Below, in pieces: positions 28,827 through 39,500 of a stretch of DNA of 64,000 nucleotides. The first letter of the stretch is position 1; each line of letters opens with the position of its first letter. This DNA is from Macrostomum lignano (taxonomy: Eukaryota). Under the pieces are notes generated by a model, which saw only the letters and a program-made list of their open reading frames with translations, searched no databases and had not been told where the DNA came from. Where the stretch lies: positions 62,001 to 126,000 of the forward strand of contig NIVC01001270.1 of assembly GCA_002269645.1 (NCBI GenBank). Reading direction: 5' to 3'. A program made the position numbers and the translations under genes.

Positions 28827-30246
28827 TACCTTTTTACGTTCTATTTGATAAAAACTGCAACCAATTTGGCCACGGCTCAGCCTGACCATAGACATAGAAT
28901 TTTCCATAGACAGCCACCGCTAGCGGCAACCAATTTGGTAAAAACTGCGAGCTATTTTGCCAGCTTGAAGATAGCAGCTGCTCTGATGGCGAATCGTTGG
29001 CCGTACCAAAAAATAAGTCAGCTGGATCGAGAGCGAATCGTGAGAGCGTACAGGAGTGGCGACGACTGGGGAGAGCTTGGCAGAATGATGGGGATGAAGA
29101 AACCGACAGTGAGGAACATCGTGACCACGTATGAACGAACTGGTAGAGTTGGCACTCTGCCAAAAGGAGGAGTGAAGAGGATGGCGCTGACGGAGGCTAT
29201 GGTGGACACCATTGTTCAATTCGTCGAAGGTCAACCTACTGCGACGCTGCAACAAATGAGAGAGCACCTGCTGCACCAACACAATGACGTTGCCAACGTG
29301 AGTCTGACCACTATCAGTCGTGCTCTGGATGGTCGCCTCATCACCCTGAAGTTACTGCGCCAGGTACCTGTGAACTGGAACATGCCTGTTACAAAGGAGG
29401 CGCGAAGGATGCACGTTGAATGGATGCTGGACGAGGGAAGCCAGGTGAACACCATCTTCATGGACGAGTTTGGGGTGAACATCTGGACGGCGAGGACTCA
29501 AGGCCGCTCAGCGAAGGGGCTCCCAGCTGTGACTGTCGTCAGCGGACAGCGTGGGCAGAATCTCACCATCTGCCTGGCCATCTCGCAACTCGGCCTGATT
29601 CACAGCACTCTCGTCGAAGGAGGCTTTAAGAACGAGCACTTCATGGAATTCCTCTCTGAGATCGATGTTCTGATGGAAGAGGAGTTTGTGCTACTGTCCG
29701 ATGGGGCTCGCACTCACCTAGGTGTCCCTGGGATGTCTGAAGGTCATGCTCACCGATTCCTGCCTCCATACTCGCCGTTCATCAACCCGGCGGAGTACGC
29801 AGGCTCAGCGCTGAAGGCCAAGCTGAAAACGCAATTGCAATCACCTGCCATTCAGCTCGAGGTGGCAGATACTGGACTGGCTGCTGCAGCAGGTGCGACA
29901 TTGCATCAGCACAGGATGCGCATTCTGAAGAGAGAAGTGCAGCAAGCACTGAACTGCATCACGCCTCTCAAGTGCCTGCGCTGGATCAACCATTCCCAGA
30001 CGTACTTCAATCGGTGCTTGAATGCTGAGGACATAATGTTCTGACTTCGTGCATGTATTGTTAACATTCTTTATCGTTATTGTTATGCTATTGAGCTGCT
30101 ATCTTCAAGCTGGCAAAATAGCTCGCAGTTTTTACCAAATTGGTTGCCGCTAGCGGTGGCTGTCTATGGAAAATTCTATGTCTATGGTCAGGCTGAGCCG
30201 TGGCCAAATTGGTTGCAGTTTTTATCAAATAGAACGTAAAAAGGAA
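28827..30246 (+). mobile_element. IS630-Tc1-mariner superfamily DNA transposon (Gambol/IS630-like), 1420 bp, long TIRs
   Basis: 151-bp perfect inverted repeats at 28829-28979 and 30094-30244, plus terminal TA / AA dinucleotides. TA duplicated at 28825-28826 and 30247-30248. Removing the insert restores TTAATATATTTC as in the 3' LTR. Confidence 0.95.
28986..30044 (+). CDS. Intact transposase, 352 aa, DD30E triad
   Basis: N-terminal HTH region; catalytic DEFG ... SDGARTH ... LPPYSPFINPAE. RTQGRSAKG and QRGQNLTICLAIS are typical of IS630/Gambol-like enzymes. Confidence 0.92.
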   Translation: MANRWPYQKISQLDRERIVRAYRSGDDWGELGRMMGMKKPTVRNIVTTYERTGRVGTLPKGGVKRMALTEAMVDTIVQFVEGQPTATLQQMREHLLHQHNDVANVSLTTISRALDGRLITLKLLRQVPVNWNMPVTKEARRMHVEWMLDEGSQVNTIFMDEFGVNIWTARTQGRSAKGLPAVTVVSGQRGQNLTICLAISQLGLIHSTLVEGGFKNEHFMEFLSEIDVLMEEEFVLLSDGARTHLGVPGMSEGHAHRFLPPYSPFINPAEYAGSALKAKLKTQLQSPAIQLEVADTGLAAAAGATLHQHRMRILKREVQQALNCITPLKCLRWINHSQTYFNRCLNAEDIMF

Positions 30247-30629
30247 TATATTTCTTTGGCTCGCGAGCCGTCTCAAGCATTTAATACTGTACCGAGTATC
30301 TAGAGTTTCAACCCTAGACACTTTAGAAGCAGAAAGCAAACGAGGCCGAAGTCCAAAAGAAGTCAGAAGTCACGTCACAACACCTTTGTTATTGAGTAAG
30401 AATTATAAAAAATAGGCCAGGAAGCTGGCGCTGACAAAAGTTTAAAAACAATTTTTCAGTTTTTCAAACATTTACTAATTTTAGCCGAAATAGTTTACGA
30501 AAGTAGTACGAGCCGTATTGTAAATCTGATCAACCAAACCTTTTTTATAAACTTCAAAACTCATCGTAAAAACCAAACCAAACCAACCACCCCACCTCAC
30601 TTCATCTCATATGTTCAATCCAATAAATT

Positions 30630-31090
30630 CCTTCCCCGCGCGTGAATGTACACTCTCCAAGCCAAACCCCAGCCCCGCGCGCGTGAATGTACACACTCTC
30701 CAAGCCAAACCCCAGCCCTGCGCGCGTGAATGTACACACTCTCCAAGCAAAACCCCAGCCCCGCGCGCGTGAATGTACACACTCTCCAAGCCAAACCCCA
30801 GCCCCGCGCGCGTGAATGTACATACTCTCCAAGCCAAACCCCAGCCCCGCGCATTTTAATGTACATACTCTCCAAACCAACCCCCAGCCCCGCGTATTTT
30901 AATGTACACACTCTCCAAACCAACGCCCAGTCCATTTGAATGTACACACTCTCCAAACAAACCCCCAGCCCCGCGTATTTTAATGTACACACTCTCCAAA
31001 CCAACCCCCAGCCCCGCGTATTTTAATGTACACACTCTCCAAGCCAAACCCCGGCCCCCGCGCGCGAGAATGTACGCACATACTCTCCAG
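30630..31090. repeat. ~42-bp minisatellite
   Basis: Tandem GTACACACTCTCCAAGCCAAACCCCAGCCCCGCGCGCGTGAAT variants. Confidence 0.93.
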
Positions 31091-31858
31091 TCTGATATGC
31101 AACTTATTAATTATCCTGCTTGTTTGCTTATTGACATTGGCGATGCTTTCTGTCATCATCATTTCCTTGTCTGCAGACACACGACACCACCCCTAAGTAC
31201 ATGTAGTAGACTGCAGGTCTAATTTTAGAAAGTTTAAGAATTATAGGATGCCTATATTTTCATCCCTCCGTTATTTTCCTTCCCTTAAGTTTGGCTTCAC
31301 AATAACCTGCCAAATTGTTCTATCGAATGGCGAAGCCCCACTGAATGCTGCGATCGCTGTGAACGCTATCAAAGTCGAAGCCAGCCAGTTCTAGAGCTGA
31401 CAGCGCGGTTCGTTCAGTTGACAGCCTGGTTTGAGCGCTGTTGGTGTCCTATAAGGTCAGTGCATGTTTAGAATTAACTATAACTAACTATATACAGGAC
31501 AATTGCTTGTCTAAGTTTTTAAAATACTCATATTTAACTAGCCTGTCTTCGTTTTTAAGATCTCGCCAGAATTTTTTGTACGGCCTCGCGCTGATTGCTT
31601 TAACTTTGCTTTTCACTCATAAATACTTTTCACATTAACTCAGCTCAACTCGACCAGTATATTTCAAACTCTGCGTTGTTTGGAATTTCAATTCGGTTTT
31701 GTAAGCCACATTAAATACATATGTAACCCGCGTAAGTGCGAGTATCTTAGTGAAACTTATTAATATTCTCTTAATTTTGTGAGAACTGAGAAGTAGTATC
31801 TGCTACAGGTTTGTATACATGTAGGTTTGGGTACAGGTATTTGTTACATGTAAGTATA

Positions 31859-32190
31859 GGGGCCGGGTCGCAGTCCAGCGCAGGCTCTGGTGTGCCAGCG
31901 GCCCAGGCTCGATTCCAAGTGCAGTCACATTAATTTGGGGCTGAATTGGAATCTCGGCTTGGCTCTGCTCGTGCAATTATCGGCCTTGATCGAGGGCCAG
32001 CCCCCAAGCTGGCACAGTGAAGTGTACATGCCTAACGATAAATAAAGTTAGGGCAGCTTGTACAACTCCTGTCTGTGTGAGGTGTGCCTGCTCAGGGGAG
32101 TCGGCGGAATGGGCAGTAATGCCTCTAGCCGGTTGTGACAATGTCGCTTAATTAAAGTGTACTTAACACAGCCCCTGACACTAACTTAAT
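31859..32190 (+). mobile_element. SINE family B, most complete copy
   Basis: tRNA-like head GGGGCCGGGTCGCAGTCCAGCG...GGCTCGATTCC (B box). The body aligns with 48045-48342 and shorter copies. Confidence 0.75.
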
Positions 32191-32709
32191 GTCGTGTACA
32201 GTGTATTACAGAACACTACACTGATGCACATTAAGCAAGGGACTGCAAAATACGGTAAGTTAAGACGCTAAGAAAATATATTAACATTTTTAACAGTTGC
32301 ATGTACCGCTGAGTAATGAATTTTTATGGCTAATATGGGAAAATATTTAAGCCTTAATCCCAATGCTGATTTCTCATAAATATAAATAGCATATGTACAT
32401 GCATATGTATAAAAAGGTGAACATATAAACCCCCCTGATCATTTTTTTGCACTAGCGATGCATTAGAATTTACAAAATTTTGCAAAAACTTTTCCAAAAA
32501 CACACTTTATGAACTTATCGAGCTAAAAGTACACAGTAGATCCATGCAGTAGTACGCGTACTACTACGGCTGGACAAAATGCAAAATGAACTGCAATTTG
32601 CGCCTCTCCCCTGTCAAATCAAAGTTTAATAAGCTGTCTAATCACTTCGCTAAAATGTCTATTTTCAGTACAGAGCCCAGAGCATGCAGCAGTGAAAAAA
32701 TATTTACAA

Positions 32710-33173
32710 GTGATGAGGACGCACTTTTTCCCAAATCCCGCGCTAGCACATGGGCTCTTAACTTACTTGCCTACTAACAGTGGGCAGTGGGCATTTTTAT
32801 CCTTTTTCTGCGAATTTTCATAAAATTTATACTAGATATAATGTCTGGTCATACTAGTAGTCATAATAACATAGGCGCAGCTTTTTGGGTCATAAATCAT
32901 CGCTTTCGAAGCTGGTCTGACAGCCACCTGCGCCTCACTCAGTGTTGAGGCGGGCGCCAGATGGTCTGAGAGGATGCGGGCGGTAGCTTTTTTTCTCATC
33001 ATTTTGACAGGCCATCAAGATTTATGGTCAGAGCCTATTGTTTGTGTTCACTCAAGCATGTGACAGCTTTGACAGCTATGCGTTTTACCCCTAAAAGTAC
33101 TTTGGGATTAGCGATTAGCGATTTCTCTTCATTATCTTCACTTTCTATTTAATAAGAGCTTTCTAATGTATAT
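32710..33173 (+). repeat. ~465-bp interspersed repeat, copy 1 (unclassified)
   Basis: Colinear, high-identity direct match to 59035-59498. Confidence 0.85.
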
Positions 33174-33319
33174 TTTTTCATTAATTTCTGTCAATCCTAC
33201 GCGAAAAGTCATAAATCATTTTGTTGCGATTTTGAGTGATTTATGGCCGCACCTGTCATCTTTTTACGACCCTGTGGGAACTGATAGGATCTCTCGGTCA
33301 CGTGATTCTGGGTAGCAAC

Positions 33320-33435
33320 GAGCTTAGCCAATCAGAAAATTCGGCGCTCATTTTAACAAAACGGCTCAGCCAATCAGAATCGACGTGTTCCATTATAACA
33401 AACTGCGGTCCAGTTGGCGGCTATTTAAACCGGTG
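33320..33435 (+). promoter_or_regulatory. Pol II promoter-like module (two CCAAT boxes plus TATA), probably LTR-derived
   Basis: AGCCAATCAGAA at 33326 and 33368, TATTTAAA at 33422-33429. No downstream ORF, and no TG..CA/TSD boundaries found. Confidence 0.4.
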
Positions 33436-34987
33436 TTTTTGGCCCGCTCGGACCTCAACCGGTACCTGTTCCGACTCTGGCCTGGTTCCTACTCCACCGG
33501 CCCGGAACTGACCGTCGTTTCTTGATCCCCGGATTGCGATTCCCCCCCCCCATCATCATCAAGGACGAGTCCCCCGGTCATCAGCAGCGAACATCAAGTG
33601 AAGAGCATCACCTGCTAGCTAACAGCGAAGATTGTGACAGCATCATCCCGAGTCTACAGCTGCAGAGCATCAAGCCGATACGGTCACTGTGGATTACCTG
33701 GTCTCCGGCTGTTGAGTTTCTGATTGGTTGGGTGAGAGGCTACCTAGACTTGCTTGATTGGGTGATCCCTTATTTGTCCCCTGTTGCAGTAGCTGAATTA
33801 GGCGCACACTTTTGCTCATTTTGTTCAGTAGTGCTGTTGCTGAGGCAGAAATCATTCAATAATACTGCTAGTAGTCTCCAATCAATCTGAAGTGTGAAGT
33901 GAACTAAGGAGAAGGTTAAATCTAACAGTTATTTTTATCGGTTTTATTTCTTTGTTCGCCGATGGCTCAGATGAGTAGCTAAGCTAGTAGGCGCCGGTCA
34001 CAGTGGACCAATGGCAAGGCAGTTCTCAGTCGACCAATCTATCAAATCAGTGAGCAAAACTGCCAGAAGTACAGAATCGACGCCAGAGATGTACTTTGTG
34101 CACTCTAGGGTAGCCAAGCGGCTCGGGTAAACGAATCATGCGGTCTCTGAAGTTCGAGTTAGTCTATCATCAGCGCTATGAGAGGCTAGTTGGCGCGTTG
34201 AAGGCCAAAAGTACATATCTTCGTATTTAGCAATGTAATAGTACCCTGTAATAGCTACCCCATAGACTCGCCACCGCAAGAATCCCCTGCACAAGTCCCC
34301 TCTGTACCTGCATGGCCAATGCGATCTAGTCCCAGCAGTGTCCCTTATCATCGGCTATGACTTCGAGATTGACAGCAAAAAGACACTAGTTGGCAGGTAA
34401 GTGCAATTAAGCCCCTTCTAGTCGGAAGCCCGATTTCGAGAGTCCCGGTGTAGTGAGCCAGGGCGCACGGGCTGGTGGCAGCAAGTTAGCTGATCTGCGG
34501 ATTAGCTAATTTCTACTTTCAAAATTCTCCCTGCTCGTCTCTCGCTGTCCCTCTCTTAGCTATAGGACCTAGACTGCTCGCCACACGATCAAGCTACCAT
34601 GGGGGGGGCTGACCATCTGACAGGAGTGGGGGCCAGGACTCAAATTGATTTATTTCTGAGCCTGAGGCCCGAAGGCTTCCCTAACAAGGAGCCCGAAGGT
34701 CGAAACCCATCACAAGCCAAAGTGACAACTCCAATTAGGCTTTATAATTTGATGGCGTTGTTGTGGATTGACGAGCCATAATAGCTCGAACGTAGCCACC
34801 AGTTTTACATGTACCACCATGAACACAGTACTTTGAACCCATATGAACTACTGATTTGTTGCACTGCTTGTGCCGCACTTGCACTCTCAAAACTGTCCAT
34901 GCACTCTCGCGCATGTGCATTGTGTACAGTAAGAAATTAACTAAATTATTTGGTAGCTCTGAAATTTCTTCATATTACATGTACATG

Positions 34988-35200
34988 TACCTTTTTGCAA
35001 TCTATAGTTGGCCAAAACTGCGATCAATTTAGAAAATAGAAAATCTTTCGCTTTCGCGAGTAGGCTCACCCAGCTGAGCTGAGAGGAGAGGCCATAGACA
35101 GTGTAAAACTAAAACTGCAACCGATTTGGCCGAAAACTGCGGTCAATTTGGCCCAGATCGACATGCAACAAATTTAATTGGCCAGCTCAGCTGTGTTTGA
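34988..35200 (+). mobile_element. Orphan left-end remnant related to the Gambol-like TIR
   Basis: TACCTTTTTGCAATCTAT...AAAACTGCGATCAATTT, CCATAGACAG and AAAACTGCAACCGATTTGGCC match motifs of the TIR at 28827-28979. Confidence 0.55.
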
Positions 35201-35489
35201 GTAGTCCTAGCTGGAGCCTATATCGATGGAAATAGAGTCAACGGTTGGCGAGCGTAGCGTCTTACTTCAGTTTTCCATAATACAAGCACTCCTATTAATC
35301 TGATCATTGTACATTGTTTATTTCTTTATCTAAATTTATCTGAATAAATCCGATACTTCCAAGATACTAGCTAAAAATTTATACTTAAGCTATATAGCAG
35401 GAGGTATACAAATTTGTTTCTTCCTTTTGGTACTACATCAAAAATGTTTGTTTAATTGAACATCTTGCAGAAACTTTTTTAACTTACTA

Positions 35490-35867
35490 GGGTCTCCCTA
35501 AAACACGCACCGCCCCGCCCCACAGCGCTACACGTTAAAACAAATTGGACTATAACTGAAGACATTTCAAAATGCGTTTTATGTTAAGCTTCAAGCTTTT
35601 ATTTAACTTAGTTTTTTTACTTTAAAATATCAAATTCCGTGTATAATAAGTGATTTTAATAATAATATTAGTGAAATAATAATAATTTAATTGAATAATG
35701 CAAACGAGAATATGAAAAATAATAATAATATTTAAGGTAATAATTAAAGTTAATTATTATGTTACTCTTACAACCAATAGTTTTCTTTGCAATCGAAATA
35801 CTGCATTGACAAAAATGTTATAATGTGTAGCGGTCGGGGCGGTGCGGTGCGTGTTTTAGGGAGACCC
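35490..35867. mobile_element. MITE with 9-bp TSD (MULE-like), 378 bp
   Basis: TIRs GGGTCTCCCTAAAACACGCACCGC / GCGGTGCGTGTTTTAGGGAGACCC; TSD AACTTACTA at 35481-35489 and 35868-35876. Confidence 0.88.
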
Positions 35868-35922
35868 AACTTACTATTTTAGCTGAATTTCGTTTGCATC
35901 GCGCGACTGAGGATTTTTCTAT

Positions 35923-36547
35923 GGTCTGCGGTCATTTCGTCTGCCGCCTTTTCGTCTGCCAAAGAATTTTAGCAGACGAAACGACTTTTTTATTTATGTT
36001 TATTTTGGTTCACTTATTTAGTATTTTTTATGTAGGGAATTAAAATAAATTAGTATAAGCAAGTTTTAAGTATGTTTTCTTATTTATATTGATACATTTT
36101 CTTTTTCTTCATTTTCTACGAAACCTAACTAACCTATATAATACTTTCGACGCATCAATGCGAAGTTATTTTCTGAGTTATTGATAATTTTTCACCATGG
36201 AAGCAAGCGTAATTTGTAAACAGACTGTACGACCCAGACAACATGCGCTACTGTGCGACTTTGTGCAACAAATGGCAGCATCGGACATGCAATTCTCCAA
36301 ACGGTTGGAGATATTTGCTTCTGGCTTTGTGTATTCATATGCAACATATTAGCCTAGCTCCGGAACTTTCAGAAAAATCCTAGCATTATAATAAATTATA
36401 ATTAATAAGACATTTACATTACACTTCCATGCGAAGCTTGATGACATAATTAGTTATTCCGATTTATATATTATATATATTGGCAGACAAAATGACTATA
36501 TCGTATATTGGCAGACGAAAAGGCGGCAGACGAAATGACCGTCAACC
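35923..36547. mobile_element. MITE with GG..CC ends and 8-bp TSD (Merlin/MULE-like), 625 bp
   Basis: TIR core CGGTCATTTCGTCTGCCGCCTTTTCGTCTGCCAA is perfectly inverted at 36508-36541. TSD TTTTCTAT at 35915-35922 and 36548-36555. Confidence 0.85.
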
Positions 36548-39500
36548 TTTTCTATTGGTTTTTATATTCAGTAAGTAGTCCATCTGATGTCTACTGTATT
36601 GTGGGTGTTTTAACTCTGACGAATCTGTACTTAAATTGAGATTAAACTCCTTTATTCAGGGAGGTGCTTTTCTTTTCATACCTGGCTTGGCTGTTGGCTT
36701 GGACTTGGTTTAGGTCTAGCTTTAGCCTTTAGCCATAGAAAAGAAAAAGCAAGAGCCATTGTTTCAGAGGTTTTGCAAGTTTTCAAAACTTGCACACATA
36801 TCCTTCCATTTTTTTTCAGGAGGAACAACTAAAAATAACTCTACTATATAGGCCTACTTCTAATTTCTCACCTCTACAGAGAAGGCTCTCATCCCAACAT
36901 AGGTGTAGGCCTAGCCTAGTGTAGTGTCCTGCTAATGTGTTGTCCCATGACATGAATATCATTGCAAAATTATTAAAACATAAACACTAGGTGCTGCCAC
37001 AGCTGTGCAAAATTCGAATTTTCTGCACAAATGTGCAAATAATGTACAGTAGGCCTACCCTAAATTTCTGCGTAAATCAGACTTTTTGGATTGTTGACAA
37101 TCTGGCAATAGAAAAATGTTCGATTCCACTTCAAATGTTGATACATTGATACTTCACTTATTAGGCCTAGTTATGGCTACTCTTTGTTTGTACAATTGCA
37201 ATCAAAATTAAACACAATTTTCATACTATTTTGTTCATTTTCAAGCATTAAGCACTTGATTTATCATTTGATTCAGTTAAATAACAAATGCAGTCAGAGT
37301 CAAGCATACTTAGACTTTGGGTTAAGTTAGAAGTTACTAAACTTAGACTATGAACTTAGACTTAGAAAATTAGAGAAACTGATTAATGAGAGGCTAAAAA
37401 CTCCTAGTTCCAGCCAAAGTCATCATATTCGAGATCGTCATCTGTGGCTTATGAGAAAAACAACTAAATTATCTAAATTGTCATCATCTTAGTATTGGAC
37501 CATGCTGCATTCACTAAATTGTCATATTGTGTTGCATTGGCTGTGCAAGGATCTTAGCTCATATGGCAGCATGTTCTTGTTTGCCAACAAATTAAAACAA
37601 TTTTCAGTGGTATAACTTAAGGCTTTTTTATTCAAACCATGCATGCGCAACCCCCCTGATTTACACTGGCCATGCAACTTACTTTTTGACCAAAAATGCG
37701 ACTTACCTATAAAAAAAACCCTAATGCAATTTTGGGTAAACAGCAGGAATAACTATAACTGTCTTATAAGGGATAAATGCCTCGTCATCTAATATGGCTG
37801 AATTCTTTAAGTTGGGCATTTTTGCAACTTACCCCTGGTCCACCACAATTTATGGTGGCCAGATTGGCCAAGTTGGCCAGTAGTTGCGCATGTATAATTC
37901 AAACTACTATCAAATGAGCCATCAAAATCATACAGTCAAATATAAAGGAATCAAGTTAAATAAGCCTTTATAGACCAAATTTTTATCTATTGAAATTGAA
38001 ATATGAAATTTGCTTTTAACTTAACTTTGAACTAATTTTATTGTATCATTGTGCCTAAGGCTAGCCTTATAAAATGTCAGCTATACAGTGTAGTTCATTT
38101 TTATCTTTGTGTTTTTACTTAATTGGCCAATAATTGATAGGGCCTACTTACATGTATATCAACAAATGAAATGTAACTTTAAACATGCATTGAAGAATAA
38201 ATAGAAAGCTTAATATCAACATTTGAATATGATTGCAATTTCTAACAACTTCAAGGCGTTTTGCACGCCATGGTATATCGTCAGGATTTTATTAGAACAA
38301 TTTGAGAAATTGAGATTGAATGCAATTAATTAAATATTGGTTTTTGCAATGTACACAGGTAAGGAGGGTAAGATTGAAAACAATTGATTACAACTTAGCT
38401 TTAACAACATACATAGGTATAGTAGGTAGGAGAGAGAATTATAGATTGAGATTGAAAGTTAAACCAAATGTACACAATTCTTGTCCAGTGGTCAAAAGGT
38501 AGAATCAGGGGTGGTAGCTTAAGAAATTGAATGTCAAACTAAGTGTACACAGCGTGCACAACTGTGTCACTCACTGTTCAGAAAACATGCATTCTTTGCT
38601 ACTACAGGCAGTTCTCTTTGCATAAATTAATTTTGATATTTCTCATCTCTCTACTGTTTATTATATATTAGTCTCAGTAGTCATGTAGTAATCAGCATTA
38701 ATTGACACAGTTAATATAAAAATTATGGGTGCATGCAAGGGATTTTTGCCTGAAAGTAGGAAAATCCTAAATTAATACACCCTTGCTTTTGGTCAAAGTT
38801 GTCATATTTAAATGTTTAAGTCTTCCAGATTTGTTCAAGTCGTCATCATCATATGACAATTTTGGCTGCATCCAAACTCCTTGACTGAACAAAAGCAAGA
38901 GGGGGCTTGCATATATAAGGTGGAAATTGCACTATTGTAAACAAGACCCCCATTGCACACAGTTGATAATTCTATTGCTATTTTTAGCAACTGCCGCATA
39001 GTTTGCATCAGAGGAGCTATAGGTCTTGGTACACATTATTTCCACTATATATACAGGCCAAGTATACAGTAATAAAATCATTGTACTTTGGACTAACAAG
39101 ACAAAAGGGCCTTGTCGTGTGACTGGCTCCCATGACAAGGGAAAAATGCCTACTAGTAAAGCCACTAGCCTACTAGTGACCTTAAGACTAGAAAATAGAG
39201 TCTACTAGCAAAGCACTAGTGACTGCCATCTGGATTTTTTCTAAGGCTAGTCCTTGGGGCCAGCTAGTCCTTGCCAGCTAGTCCTTGGGGCTCAAAATCT
39301 AGTTGCCAATGGCTATTTTTGGTTGCCCATTGGCATCTAGCCAAATTCTTGAGGATAGATATTTCCAAGGCTACATTTGAAAGCAGAAATTTGTTCTCTT
39401 AACTCTAAGAGTGCTATCTATGCTGCAAATAATAACAAGCTATTAATTCTATCATATGATCATATTAATTCATATGGCACTTTTATTACACTTGAAAATT

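Larger units (their letters stand above)
24757..30382 (-). mobile_element. Full-length Ty3/Gypsy LTR retrotransposon (Mag-like), 5' LTR interrupted by a DNA transposon
   Basis: 233-bp LTRs TGT...ACA at 24757-24989 and at 28728-30382 minus the insert, 2 substitutions apart. 5-bp TSD CCTTT at 24752-24756 and 30383-30387. PPT AAGGAAGAGGGA at 25001-24990. PBS TGGCGTCGCT next to the 5' LTR. Confidence 0.97.

Noticed and set aside
28470-28985. 172-aa N-terminal extension of the transposase ORF in the ORF track
   Set aside because: It runs through antisense gag, LTR and TIR sequence. The homologous start is the ATG at 28986, just inside the TIR.
28823-30250. Alternative reading as a 6-bp TSD (AATATA) with perfect CC..GG ends
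   Set aside because: Formally consistent, but the transposase family duplicates TA, and the related element at 51613 begins TA|CACCTTTTT, which places the terminus two bases outside the CC.
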